Source of the DNA: Felis catus
Lineage: Eukaryota
Reading direction: 5' to 3'
Assembly (NCBI RefSeq): GCF_018350175.1
Contig: NC_058368.1
Span: 15,626,001-15,690,000 of the forward strand
DNA: 64,000 bases
Program-made: the position numbers and the translations under genes
Shown: in pieces, positions 26,466 to 40,708 of the stretch
Layout of the letters: the number at the start of each line of letters is the position of its first letter
Numbering within the stretch: the first letter of the stretch is position 1
Notes under the pieces: generated by a model
Databases searched by the model: none
Told to the model about the DNA's origin: nothing
Seen by the model: only the letters and a program-made list of their open reading frames with translations

Positions 26466-28550
26466 AATTTTTTTTAACTTTTCACCTACTGTTATAGATC
26501 ACAGAAATAATGCCTATATTTTACTTGGGAACAAGGAAATCCTTGCCACCTTTTTCAGATATAAAGACTCACAATAAAAATGCAGCTTATGCCACTCTAT
26601 CTCACATTCTTGTACTTTTTTTTTTTTCCTTCACATTCTTGTACTTAACAAAGCAAGACAGCATCCTGAGATTAGTGCTTCCCAGGCTAATTTTTATTCC
26701 AAATTAAAGCTGAGCTGATTCTTTCCCTCCAAGTATCTGGGTTAAAGACTTAACATAAATGCATATATAGCAAGCGACTGGGGTTAGATGAAATGAAGAA
26801 GTTCAAGTCTAGTGAATGTTAAATACCAGAATGGTTTTTCCAGCCTTTCAGCAGAAACACAATTCTCCAGCATTAGGTGTCAATGTGACTGTAAACACAA
26901 TCGCTGTGCAGTCACAAGGTGTTCATATAAACGGTCCAGAATACACCTAGAGTGATATACTTTGGATCTCTTCAAACTGCAAATACAGATTTTTAAATGA
27001 TATAATCTAGAGACCCCTGGGGGGTTCTGCACAGCTGTGCACCGAGGAGACATCACGGAGGCAGGGAGCTGCTCAGTGCCTGTCAGGTTCTAAGCAGCAC
27101 TTGAGGCGACCGTGCATTAGCTGTGACTGCCTTCCATCCTATTTAGTTTCCTTTTCCCATCTCCTTTCCCTTAATACAATTTTAGAAAAGAATGTTTTTC
27201 AGTACTACGCATTCCAGCCATAGCACTGGAGACACGGATGTGGAGTCATAGAGCTAAAGTATTTGATGTTGAGGCCAGGGTTCCCCTTCTCTCCACCTCG
27301 GGCTGGCCCCTCTCTCCTTTTTTCTCAGCTCTCACTCCCTTTTCTTTCTCATGTCTCTTCTCACAGTCCCTGAACAGCCTGGGATCTGGCACCAATGGCC
27401 CAGGCCGTGAACAGTAGGCAGGAAGGTCCCAACTGGCTGGGACACAGTTACCTGGATGCATGGACATGGGGGTGAGGCAGGGGCAAATACAAGCAGACTT
27501 CCTTTACCAGCCCCTGTGAGCTCCCTGGGGGGAAGGCCTACCTCTGGAGTGGTTGTGGTTTTCTCAGAAGAGGGTGAACCAGTGGGGAAAGAGCCAGCGG
27601 AGACTGCTAAGTATTTAGTATGTATTTGAATTGAATGACCTTCAAATTTATAATCTTCCCAGAACCTACTAAGTAAAATAGATTGGACTTTTTGTTATCT
27701 GACTCTGGTCTTTATTTAGGGGATGATTTTCAATCCTGTTAAAGTATTACCTGCAACCACAGCACCGTTGCCAGAGTAAGGAAAGCAGAGAAGAGCCTGG
27801 GCAGGCAGGTGGTAGTTTAGCATCCTGAGCAAAAAGGGGCCAGAGCCCACGGAATTAGCACGTGGAGGCCTGAGTCAGCTCTGAGCAGCAGGCAAGGGTG
27901 GATTTCAATGCCAGTGTGAAGGAGGCTGGGTTTTGGTTAGAGAGGGGCATCCAAGGAAAAGTCAAGTAGCCAAGTCATTTTATTTGCATCCACCTGATAG
28001 GCCAAAACAGGGGCTTTAAACCACATGTATTAGATTCAAAATCTCCACAGAGAACAGCGAGCAAAAAGGATAAATGCCCAAAGAAAATGCATCCTGAGAT
28101 GACAAAGAGGACCCAGGCAATGTGCTCCCCAGGCAAGCTCTTCCAGCATTTTCTCTTGGGCTGCATCTCTCTTTATCTGAGTTTCCCACTTCTGTGTGAC
28201 TGCCGCCACATTTTAGGAGATGAGGGAGTGTGGAGTCCTGTGTCGTGGTTACTTAGGACCAGAGAGAGACACCTTGGGTTTGATTTGGGTCTGCTAAGTC
28301 AGACTGCAAGAGTGTTCCCTTTTGGTCTTCTTCCATAGTCTTGAATGACAGGGATATAACAGGTAAGACTGAGAGGAAGGTGCGTAGGTTGGTGAGAAGG
28401 TTCCCTTGGTTTTGTAATTGATCATCCCCTTGCCTTTGTTACCCTCTCGTCTGCACACCATTTTAGCAACCTAGCTGAATATCAGAATCATCTGGAGCTT
28501 TAAGAAAGTGCATATTTCTGGGTGTAATAATGGTACTTTTAGAAACCCTT

Positions 28551-28687
28551 TATATAGATATATATGTATATACATACGTATATACACACATGTATATACA
28601 CATATGTATATACATACACATATGTATATACATACATATATATGCATATATATATATGTATCCATATATATATATGCATATATATAC
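28551..28687. repeat. Compound TA/CA/TG low-complexity tract
   Basis: Near-continuous purine-pyrimidine alternation (tatatgtatatacatacgtatatacacacatgtat...). Confidence 0.9.
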
Positions 28688-28744
28688 TCAAATCTGTGGA
28701 GAAAGGATATGAAATCTGAGATTTATTTTAAAATACTCTTGCAA

Positions 28745-28933
28745 GGGGTGCCTGGGTGGCTCAGGAGATTGAGTGTCTGACTTTGGCTCAGGTCATGATC
28801 TCACAGTTCCTGAGCCTGAGCCCTGCATCAGGCTTGCTGTCGTCAGCACAGAGCCCTCTTTGGATCCTCTGTCCCTCTCTCTCTGCACCCCGCCCCCTGC
28901 TCATGCTTTCTCAAAAATGAATAAATACTAAAA
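28745..28933 (+). mobile_element. SINEC
   Basis: ggggtgcctgggtggctcag head; TSD aatactcttgcaa. Confidence 0.9.
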
Positions 28934-29779
28934 ATTTTTTTGAATACTCTTGCAAAACTATCGTGGAGGGATAGAAGAAAAAATGCACAGAATGCGAATC
29001 ATTATTGAAGCTAGAGATTGTGCTATGAACATTCACTACACGATCTGTCCACTTTTGTAGATGTTTGGAATTTTCCAAAATAAAACAAAATGTTTTAATG
29101 TATGATCAGAAAATAATAATATAAGAACACAGATTTCCAGATCCACGCTAGGGCTTTGGTTCAGAGGATAGGCCCTCCATTGGACTGTGCCTGCAGCTGT
29201 GCACTCCACAATCCAGGGTGTGCCTCATAGCCTTTTAAGATCTAGGTAATCATTATAAAGCTACTCCAGAAGATGGCAGTAGCTTCTCTTGAGAAAGGGG
29301 CTTCTAAGTCACACAAAGCCATCTCTGGGCTGGTAGCAACGTCAGACCCCCAAATCCGTATTTGAAGACTGGAAGTCTCTTTGGACGATATGATGAACAA
29401 ACAGGTTCATCACACCTGTTTGACCGACACTGAATGGCCCACGTCAGTACTCACACTCAGCCACTCTGCCGGGCTGGGCCACACTACTGCAGCAATCCTG
29501 GCATGCCCTTACATGCCACATCCCACCTCCCCCCACACCCCCTTCCCGCCACATCCTTCCACGATCAGGAAAGCCCACTAGAGAAAATTTAGAAAATACA
29601 GAGATGCAGAGACTAAAACTCAGCTACAATCAAAGCTAACATTTGCTATATACCTTTCAGGCTTCTCTTTCATGTGTGTTTTTTAAACCTTTCACCCTTC
29701 CCCTACTAACAGTTTAATTTTATTATAATAGCCAGGGGATCAGGTGAAAATTCAGATCTCGACTTAAATCTATCTTCCT

Positions 29780-30285
29780 ATTTTATGCAGAGTCAAAGCT
29801 AAAGCACTTAAAATGGCCTCAAGGTCACTGCAACCTGGTCCTTTCCCCTCCTCCTCTTCAAAGATTCCCCATTCCCTTACTACTCATCTTGGCCCACTCA
29901 CCGTGGCTTCCCTGATGTTCCTTACAATATACCAGGTAGGCTTCAGGGCCTTTGCCCCTGCTGTTCCCTCTGCTTCGAAAGTTCCCCCTCCCCTCCGTGT
30001 AGCTAATTCCCTCTTTCCCTTTCTGTTCAAATGTCACCTTGTTAGGAAAGTCTTCCCTGGCTACCCCACTCTGCATTAAAACATGCTCTCCCCATTTTCT
30101 TCCTCTCCTGTGTTTTTCTCTAATCATTAAACATACCATTATTTCTTCTCTGTCTTTCCTTAGTTATAATAGTAACCCATGAAAGCAGGATTTTCTGTTT
30201 TTGTTTTGTTTACAACTGTTACATCCCTAATGATGGAATAATCTGGCTAAGAACAGATGCTCAACAAATATTTGTAAGATGAATG
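29780..30285 (+). mobile_element. L2 3' fragment
   Basis: cttcagggcctttgcccctgctgttccctctgc...caaatgtcacctt...gctcaacaaatatttgtaagatgaat. Confidence 0.6.
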
Positions 30286-30494
30286 CCTATCTCTGAAATC
30301 GAAGTGTCTCTATTAATTAACTCCATAGAAAAAGTTAACTTATTCACTAATCTAGGTGAGCATTTTGCTCCAAATTTAGTCGGGCTGGTGCTCTAGGAAG
30401 CCTGCTGCTCAGAAACAAATAATCCAAGGGAGCACCTGAGAAACAGTCCCTTGACCTCATAGAAGACTGATAGCTCTTCCTTTAAAAACATTCT

Positions 30495-30705
30495 GGGGCA
30501 CCTGGGTGGCTCAGTCAGTTAAGCGTCCGACTTTGGCTCGGGTCATGATCTCACAGCTCGTGGGCTTGAGTCCCATGTCAGGCTCTGTGCTGACAGCTCA
30601 GAGCCTGGAGCCTGCTTCAGATTCTGTGTCTCCCTCTCAGCCCCTCCCCGAATCATGCTCTGGTTCTCTCTCTCTCTTTCTCAAAAATAAATAAATGTTA
30701 AAAAA
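30495..30705 (+). mobile_element. SINEC
   Basis: ggggcacctgggtggctcagtcagttaagcgtccgac head. Confidence 0.9.
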
Positions 30706-32391
30706 ATTTTTTTTTAATTCTAAGACAACTTTGTGTGTGTGCCATGCTTTATGATATGACTTATTAACTCCTCTAAAAAAAAGGTGGGTTTTTTTCCCAC
30801 ATTAAAGCACTTCCAAACAGCTTTCTGAGAAGACTCTGACTCTGCATTGGAGACCACATGAGGGTGGAGTGCCCTTCCATCCAATCAGCACTTAGACAGA
30901 CTCTCTGGCTTCCGTAAAAGGCCATCCACCCATCCCAGCTTTTTTTCCTATGGCTTCTTAACCTGGGGATTAGCTCTCAGGAAATAATGCAGAACCTCAA
31001 CTCTCCATGTCTGCAGCAGCAGCACCTTAAGCAAGCTTTCGGAAGGGCTCCCAGAAGGTATACAACACTCCTTTAATATCTGAAGTCTATCTTTGGATCA
31101 AGTGGCAGCAGCATAAGTCTGAAGTCTAATACACAGACCAATGTGCAAAGCCCCTCAGCACACAGCTCCACAATGTTTTAATGTTCTGCCTCTCGATTTC
31201 ACTTGGAGATTCTTATAAAAATCATTTGAAAGTAAAACCGCAGTACCTGACAAATTTATTTAAGAATTTAGTCAAAGGGAAAGAATGGCTATGCTTCCTC
31301 CTTTATGATAAAAATTACAGTACAGTTGTGTTTCCTTGTTTTGACCTCCCTGTTAGGAAACCTAGAGCAAAATTTTAATCACAATTACAGTGGTCACCTT
31401 TAGCTATATTCTCCTTCCCTGCCACCCTCAGCCCCCAGTTTCTGATTTTCTATTTTTCATTTATCATTTCACTGCGAAGTTTTCCCTTATGCCACCTCAA
31501 AGCCACTATGGAAAAATACAGGATATAAACAAACATAAATATCACCATAAGAGTCAACATCAATGAATAAATTCAACCTGTTTCTAATCAACGGCGTGTA
31601 GGTTTCCTATGACAGAAGAAATTTAGGGGGTATGTTAGAAAGAATATTTAGAATGATCATCGAGTACAATAATCAATCTCCTCTGGAAATCTGAAAGAAA
31701 AGGCTTGTGGCTACCTTGCTGAAGTGGTCTAAGGGCTGGAGGGAGAGAGAAAAGATAAAATGACTCTAAAGGTTCTGTATGCCTGTGAATCCACAGTAGT
31801 CCGACATGATAGTGGACAACCAGGTATTAAACGCTACCAACTATTCTAATATAAAGAAAATGACTTAAAGATCTGCAACCAGGCCTCACACTCGGGTAGG
31901 ATTTGCTACCGTGGATCATGGTTATGAGACAGGCTTCAAAGCACCACTGGCCAGACCCCAGTGAAGCCTGTGCCCATCTGCTTCGTAACAATGCCTGGCC
32001 ACAGGAGACCACCAATCGCTGCCAGAGGTTCCCAAACATAAACAGGTCGTGATTTTCACTACCTCGCTTCTAAGTCTCCAAAGGTCACTTTACCTGATAT
32101 ATATAATCACCAAGCCAGAGTTCCTCTTATTTTGCATCTTTAAGCAATTTGAAAATAATTCATGATACTTCCCTTCAATAATTTCATCCTGCCTTCTTCA
32201 TATTTACTATCTTGTTTGTCTTCATAATATTTAACCTATGCCACTCTCCAAAAGATGCTGTGCTGACCCTAAAAGTAGAGAGACTAAGACCCTGAAAGCC
32301 TAGCTGTTTTCTCCCAGCTCAACAGCCTAGGACCAACCTGCTAGGTTATGTGGCCAGTATGTGGCTTGTTCCTGTCCCATGTTTTAGCTCA

Positions 32392-32700
<309 letters not shown>

Positions 32701-33559
32701 TCACGATTCCACCTGGAAACTTACATTAATGCTGTCAACCAGAAAGGTGGCTGCGAGACAAGGATGCTCTTTGTGATCTTTACAAACCTGTCACTTGACA
32801 GAAGCTATTGTAGTTAGCTCATCTAGTTAACACATGTGGCACAGAGGCCACAGTCCTTGTGACTCTCCCATGGTTAGAGCATTTGTAATCATATTTATAA
32901 GTATTGAGGGGGCCTGACAAACAACAATATGAACAGATCAATGTCAATTCCATCGCCCCTAAAGGAGACAGCTCCAAGGATGGTGGCAGGTCACCTCCTC
33001 TTTATGTGTGAATGATAGCATATTACTGTCACTATACCAAACTGAGTCCCTGTGACAAGAGTATCACTTCCTAACAAACTAAAGATGAAAAATAATAATT
33101 TGGATATAATAAAAGCTGAATCAAAACTCCAGATAGGAATTTAAATTACTGAAGAAAGAAAAAAAAACTTCTATATAGACTCACATTCTCTGATGTGTAC
33201 ATATGGAGTACTTAGTTATTTATGGCATAAACTATTTTAAAGACAGCTGTATGTTTCATTAGGAAATCCAAGAATGTCATGCCAAACTTTTCAAAGCTAA
33301 TTAAGTTGCCAGTAACCAACCACAGTTCAGAGTGCTAATTCTTTGCCACTTTCTCCACTGTTTTTAGTGATTATATTAGCTCTCTTCTCTTTGAATATCC
33401 TAGTTAGTCTTATATCTACAGTGTGTTCCTATATGCACTAAAACATAAATTTTTGAAACATAAATTAGGGGGTTATTATCTGATTTACAAAAGGGCCTTT
33501 ACTTATAGAAGACTTCACCCTGGCCGACTTTAAACACTAAGCTCCCTTACACCCTCTCC

Positions 33560-33720
33560 ACCCAGTGTGGTTCCTGGAACTACAGCTTGTGCATGGCCTG
33601 GGAGCTTGCTAGGAATGCCGGTTCTTGGATGCCACCCCGGATTTACAGAATCAAAACCTGCATTTACAGAAGATCGCCATGTGGTTTATGTGAACGTGAA
33701 AATTGAGCAACGTTTATCCA
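33560..33720. mobile_element. MER5A-like hAT MITE
   Basis: gtgtggttcctggaac...cctgggagcttgctaggaatgc...acagaatcaaaacctgcattt. Confidence 0.6.
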
Positions 33721-34147
33721 GCTCATTATAGGAAACAGATAAAATCCTGCAAAAACCCTATTTACATATTTACATATATTTGTAAGGGCACCCCTCTAAG
33801 CCAAATCAAAGACCCCATGACAAAACTATAGTATAAACACAACTGGAGCAAAATTGCTAACTTAAATACCACTTCCTGTACTCAACATCCAGAACTACAA
33901 ACATCTAAATGTTAGGTTAAAATAAAAAATTAACTTACTCTAGTAACCGGGCTGATAAACAAACATTCACTCTACGGTATTGAGGAATGCCAAAGTTAAA
34001 ATGCACAGCCATGGTTTCTGCCCCTTAAAACACATGTGAAATAGCAGGCTAGCACATTTCATTTTGTTTTTGGATTTGTTTTGTTGTGGGGTAATAGGTA
34101 ATGCTCTTGGAAAACAGCTACATTTAGCTGTTCATCTACAAATTTAC

Positions 34148-34258
34148 CTCCATTAGGCACTGACAGCACTAAATGACTATCAGCTGTGGCATCTACAGGT
34201 CGGCCATTCTGGGTCCCTGGGGCTTCTGTGGCATGATAAGGCGGGGGTGGTGTGTCAG
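34148..34258 (-). CDS. SMAD9: SMAD9 coding exon 3 (linker, symmetric 111-nt exon)
   Basis: Not in ORF track. Acceptor gctttcttttAG|, translates (A)DTPPPPYHATEAPGTQNGRPVDATADSHLVLSVPNG, donor GAG|GTAAAT; phase 1-1, completes the 467-aa frame. Confidence 0.93.
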
Positions 34259-35329
34259 CTAAAAGAAAGCAGTAAAACAGAGGAATGTCAAACTGATAAA
34301 CTGCACAAAGACAGATCCAACCTTTCTTGCTGTGAAACTCCAGGGCTTGGTGGATAGCGTTATTGCTAAAGACGGGCAGTAATATAATAAGGCTATTCTG
34401 CAGGACATTGTGAGTATCACATAGAAGAAATCGGTTGTCCAGACATCCTCACAAAACGGCTGATTAGTTTTCCGTCTCCCTTAGGAGTTATCTATGAGTT
34501 ATAAGTTCCGACGAATGTAGGATAAGATTTTCAAAGCTAGGAGCTATTCTCCTAGCTTTTGCAATGGCAGAAGAGTCTGCTGTCTGACTTTCAAAGCAGA
34601 AAGCTAAACCTTCTTTGAAGTGAGCTTAATTTTCAATTCCTCTGTTGCCATGGATTGTACAATGGCCACAGAGATGGTCTCTCTCTGAGATAGTTCCAAA
34701 TCTGCTCCCCAAAATGCAGAACAGTTGAAACCTGATTATAACCTGTGCCCCAAGGCATGCTGAGAGGAGCTCTTCTCCCCAAATATCAGTTCTATAATTG
34801 GACAGTGATCAGGGTTAGGCAAATGGGTGTGCATTCAGTAGATAATATCTTATCAGAAATTAATTCACAACACAATAAAAACTCCTGCAGCAGAGGAAGA
34901 ACCTTTCAGTGAGAACATCAGAATAACTGATTCCTCCTGTATACATTCCTAATGTCAGTTCAGAATAGTCTTGTTTTGTTAGGGGTGGATGGAGTGCAGT
35001 GGCATGAAAAGTTGACTCAGTCTGCCTTTGTTGAATTGAATTTTGTCCATTCCAGTAGTTCCCACGCTTAAAGTGTGCATAAAATTGCCAGTGAAACTCT
35101 AGTTAAAGATGCAGATTCCTCAGAAATTCTGAGTCTGCAGGTCAATGGCTAGATGAAGACATGTACGTTTACAGGCACTGATGGCAGTTCCCAGTGCATG
35201 CCACATTGTCCAACCGTGGATAAATCATTTCCTTGTGAGAAAATAAACGCTGACTCTGTTTATAGGAAAAGTCAAAAAGCAAGGTGGCCCTTTTGTAGGT
35301 CCTTGACTGGGTCTATCTATAAAATACAG

Positions 35330-35905
35330 GTTGAACATAGTTACCCTATCACCATATCCACTCCTAGGCATATGCCCAAAGGAGCTGAAAGCAGGGACTC
35401 AAGCAGATGCTTGCATGCCAGTGTATACAACAGCACTCACACTAGCCAAAAGGTGGAAATAACCCAAACATCCATCAACCAACAAATGGATTTTTTTTTT
35501 TAATGTGGTATATCCATTCAATGGAATACTGCTGTCACAAAAATGAAGTAACTGACACAGGATACAACCTAAACTATGAAAACACTATGCTAACTGAAAT
35601 AAGGCAGACACAAAAAAGGCAGATAGCATATGATTCCACTTCTGTGAGGTACCTAGAATAAGCAAATTCATCAAGATAAGAAGTGGGTTGAAAGTTACCA
35701 GGGGCTGGAGGAAGGAAGAGGAAGAGAATCGGGAGCTACTGCTTAATGGATACAAATTTCCTGTCAGGTCGATGAAAAAATTACGGAAATAGACACTGGT
35801 AATGGTAGCACACAACTATGAATGTACTTAATGCCACGACATTGCACACTTAAAAATGGTTAAAATGGCAAATTTTATGTGATATATATTTTACCACAGC
35901 TTTAA
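35330..35905 (+). mobile_element. Old L1 (L1M-type) 3' end
   Basis: ccactcctaggcatatgcccaaaggagctgaaagcagggactcaagcagat...cacttaaaaatggttaaaatggcaaattttatgtg. Confidence 0.8.
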
Positions 35906-37848
35906 AAAATTAAGGTATGAAAAACCATTAAGTGCCACATTTTAAGTGTGTGAACTCTATCTCTATGATAGATGTATGAACTATATCTCCATAAAGCTGG
36001 TATAAAAAAAATTAAGGGGCTGAACCAGTGAATTTCAAGATTTCCTTTTAGTCTCACTTATCTGTGGATCTGTTATTCAGGTTGCATTTTGCTGTTAATC
36101 ATTCAGAAAAGAATTGTTTTCTCCGAAATGAAAAGAGCCATTCCCTCCCTAAAAACTAAGCAGCTTCTGCAAAGGTGCTGAGGTCCATCTTTCATGGGTA
36201 GGAACAGGGAAAATATCAACCTGCTAGTCCCACCAATTCAGGAAGACAACGTCAGTGCAGGCAATCTTTACAGTGCAGATACATTTTATGTAAATACGTG
36301 TTGGTGACATAATTATCCTCCTTTCTCTTAACCATGGCTCTGTCCTCAAATGACTTCTCTTCCTGTCGTGTCTCTTTCTCTGTGAATCCAGCCTCTTGTA
36401 AGACCGCAGCCATCTCCTTCCAGTCTGTGTGGATGACCCCTGAGCTTCCTCCCAGGGTCTCACCCCACATCAAGCCCTACTGAGTCCACCTCCTCAAATT
36501 CATTGTCTTCTTTCCATCCCCATATACCTCCCTTAGTTCAAGTCCTTATAGTTACTCGCCCAGGCATTACTGAGACCATGATTGTTCTCAACAGCCATTA
36601 CCTCTTAAAAATCAGAGACTACAGTCATAATCAATCATCATCGTACCTGTAGCAGTAGCACAGTGCCTGGCACTTTTTAGGCACTCAGTAATTACTTACT
36701 GACTCAATAACATCTATATCTATAACCCTGAGCACTAGCCCTGTGTTCCAAATGCCTGTGTGGTGGTCCATTTACTCTGTAACCAACGAATGAGCGACTA
36801 CTGTGTTTTAGCGCCTGTGCTACACATATAAAAGAGAAGATGACTGACAGCTGAATGGGGGAAATAGACCCAGAAGGAATTATACAATGTAGTGTGTTAA
36901 ATGAAATAGTAAACGTATATGAAAATAGTAGCTGTATTGTTGAGGGGGCAAAAGGAAGAACTGAATAACTCAGAAAGGAAGGGCAACTCCTTTCCTGTCT
37001 TCCCACATTTTATAAGTTCTGTGAGGATAGGGACAATTTTTACCGATCTTTTAATTCTCCTTTCGGCTCCCTAAGCAATGCTTTATGTAATAAAATTTCA
37101 ATAAATCTCTCTTAAATAAATGAATATATGAACAAATGAATGAGGCAGATCATAACATCTAGCACCAAATGAATCTATTCATGCCTTTAAGAACTTGTTC
37201 CTCGGGATATGATCTACCTCACACTCATGAGGTGCATGTAAACCTCTTCATCATTATCTAACTTAGACCCACTTTATAGCCATGGTAGCATGTGCAATTA
37301 TGACAACGTGCTTGATTCTCTCTTTTGCCCAGGGCATGCACACTCCCTCTCCCTTACGTAGGCTTCTTCAGTTCAGCAAATGTTTACTGAGTTAAGTCTG
37401 TCTTCAAGATGCTATGCTGGCTTCACACAACACAAAGGGAGGACACGCTGGTGAGGTGAGGCCTGACACTGCCCCGGTGAAGTTATGCAAAGAAAAGGCC
37501 AAGCATGGACCCCTCACGTTTCTTGCCCTCAGGCCAAGTCTTCCTGCTTCAGTCAGTGAAGTATTTTATTATCTCAATTCTGCGACCTTTAAAAAAAAGC
37601 CATTTCGTTTCTGAGCGTTCCCAGAGGATTAGAACCAGAAATCAGAGCAAGGAGATGTTGTAGCTCCAGAACAAATGCTCCCAAATGGCCCTGATCTTAG
37701 AAGGGGCAGGGTCTAGTGGCCCACAGGAAATTGCCACGCAAACTGTAAAGCTCCATATGAACATCAGTAGCCAGTGATTATGATAATGATGGCCCCACCG
37801 TGAATAACTGTGTTGGGTCAGGCTCTATGGAGACCGACTGCAGCTTTT

Positions 37849-38079
37849 TTTAAAATTTTAAAAAAAATTTTTTTTAACATTTATTCATCTTTGAGACAGA
37901 GAGAGACAGAGCATCAACGGGGGAGGGGCAGAGAGAGAGGAAGACACAGTATCCGAAGCAGGCTCCAGGCTCTGAGCCATCAGCCCAGAACCCGACGCGC
38001 GGCCCAAACCCACAGACCGCGAGATCGTGACCCTGAGCTAAAGTCGGACGCTCAACCGACTGAGCCACCCAGGCGCCCC
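37849..38079 (-). mobile_element. Young SINEC_Fc-type SINE
   Basis: CpG-retaining body; 17-bp TSD gaccgactgcagctttt at 37832-37848 and 38080-38096. Confidence 0.95.
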
Positions 38080-38097
38080 GACCGACTGCAGCTTTTA

Positions 38098-38385
<288 letters not shown>

Positions 38386-39269
38386 TTAGACTCGAACGTT
38401 GGCTCGTCGGCACAAAACCCGGTGGACGCTTGCTGTTTGTGTCTGTCCATTTTTGCTGACACAACTCTGTTTTCTGGGAACTATCCATCCACCATTCTTT
38501 GTGCTTGCTGTAGACCTGTCAGTTAAGGTCCCATCTTTTCCCAGAAAGTGAGCTTGTGAAACAAGCTGAACACCAAAGTTTAACGCTTAAACACTCTTAT
38601 TGCAAACTGAGTATTAAACAGAGTATCACAGTAAAAAACAACAACAACAAACAAAAAACCAGTTTAGAGGAGAATCGTTCTGATGTCAGCACTCTAAAGA
38701 GACTGTCTATTCAGTCCTACCACAGAAATTACCAGAGCTGCCCTATTATGTGGCCATCTGCAGATCTAATTGCTTGTGTCTTCCTTTAATTTTGCCCATA
38801 AAGTGGTTATTTTTTTAAGGCAAAATTGGTTTCTAAGTGATCCTCAGAATTTTTTTTCCCTCAGATACCATGTTGAATTATTCAGATGGCCAGCCTAAAT
38901 TTTAGGCTCAGTGGTACTGCTAAAGTAAAAAAAAAAAAAAGAAAGAAAGAAAAGAAAATTCTACTTGTCTTTACCAGAAAGATTTAAAGGTAACTAAAAA
39001 TCATTAAGTAAAAGATAAACAGAGAGTTATAGAAGTAAGAGATAAGCAGAAATAAGAGAACTTATAAATAAAGCCCCATGTGTGTTTCTTCTGAATTCCA
39101 TACTTGAAAAACAAAAGTATTTTTGATCCTGATTCTATACAAACAGTTAGGAATGGATGTAATTCTCAAAGGCAAACATTATCCAGGCTTTCCTAGTTCC
39201 TATTGATTTCTGCAGTGTCACAACACCTGGCAGTTGTCAGTAAATGGTGTTGAGTACAGCCGCTGACCA

Positions 39270-39620
39270 ACATAAGTTCCAGAAAGAGAAGCAGAAAAAA
39301 CAGAGGGAGGAAGTGATCAAAGAAATAACAGAAGAAAATCTCCCAGAGCTAAAGAAGGATCTATGTCATCACATTGAAAAGAGCTGTGGAATACACAACT
39401 CAGTTAACGAAAAGAGATCCAGACTTGGTCATACCACCTTGAATTTCAAACATCGAAGGGCAAATGGAATATTCTAAGGGTTCCTAGAGGATCACCTCAA
39501 AGCCACCTATGAAGACATGAGAACTGAACTGACTATTGGTTTCCCATCACCAATGCTGGACACTAGAAAGCAATGGACCAAGGCTCTTCTAAGGGAAAAT
39601 AATTCTTAACACAAGATCCC
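39270..39620 (+). mobile_element. Ancient L1 ORF1 fragment
   Basis: Translates EEVIKEITEENLPELKKD, similar to LEEIIAENFPELGKE in the young L1 ORF1. Confidence 0.6.
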
Positions 39621-40048
39621 ACGATGGAAACCAATACAGTAGCCAAAAAATAACATAAATCATAAACTAAAATGTAGATATCAAAGCTTTAAAAAGAAGA
39701 AAAAAAGAGAGAAGTTAATATAAATTAGCTAAATCCTCATCTTTTGTATTAGTCAATGAAATTATCTAAAGGTGATAAATTCAGAAATAGATTTATAAGC
39801 ATATCATATAGAGTTACCTCCACAATTTTTAGGAATCAATGTATAAACATTGTCTAGGTGTATATTATCTAGAGCTATCTCCATAATTTTTGGTAATAAT
39901 GGAAGGAACTAGCAAAAGAACTAACCAATAATGATTAAAAGAAGTTGTTTCTAGAAATGGATGTGGTAGCTCTTGTTTTTAATCACACTATTGATTTGTT
40001 ACCATATGCAAATATTGATAAAAACTTTCATAAACAAGTAAATATTCT

Positions 40049-40708
40049 GGGGGCACGTGGGTAGCTCAGTTGGTTAAGCTTCCTTCCAACTTTGGCTCGG
40101 GTCATGATCTCACAGTTTGCGGGTTCGAGCCCCGTGTCGGACTCTGTGCTCACGGCTCAAACCCTGGAGCCTGCTTCAGGTTCTGTGTCTCCCTCTCCCT
40201 CTGCCCTCCCCTCACTTGTGCTCTCTCTAAAAACTAAATAAACAGGGGTGCTGGGTGGCTCAATCAGTTAAGCATCCGACTTCAGCTTAGGTCATGATCT
40301 CACACTCTGTGAGTTCGAGCCCCGCGTCGGGCTTTGTGCCGACAGCTCGGAGCCTGGAGCCTGCTTCAGATTCTGTGTCTCTCCCTCTCTCTGCCCCTCT
40401 GCTGTTCATGCTCTGTCTCTCTCTGTCTCAAAAATAAATAATAACATTAAAAAATTTTAATAAAAAATAAACATTAAAACAATTATTTTTTATTTTATTT
40501 TTTTAACGTTTATTCATTTTTGAGACAGAGAGAGACAGAGCATGAACGGGGGAGGGGCAGAGAGAGAGGGAGACACAGAATCCGAAACAGGCTCCAGGCT
40601 CTGAGCTGTCGGCACAGAGCCCGACGCGGGGCTCGAACTCACGGACCGTGAGATCATGACTTGAGCCGAAGTTGGACGCTTAACCGACCAAGCCACCCAG
40701 GCACCCCT
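40049..40708. mobile_element. Three-SINE cluster (40049-40243 +, 40245-40468 +, 40486-40708 -)
   Basis: Three heads visible: ggggcacgtgggtag, ggggtgctgggtgg, and reverse ccacccaggcacccc. Confidence 0.93.

Noticed and set aside
28471..28780. YIYIHI-rich ORFs
   Set aside because: Translation of a TA/CA low-complexity tract.
38072..38077. GGCGCC (SMAD1/5 GC-box) as an autoregulatory BMP response element, here and in other SINE heads
   Set aside because: It is part of the generic SINEC head and lacks the GTCT/AGAC partner at 5-nt spacing in the copies I checked.
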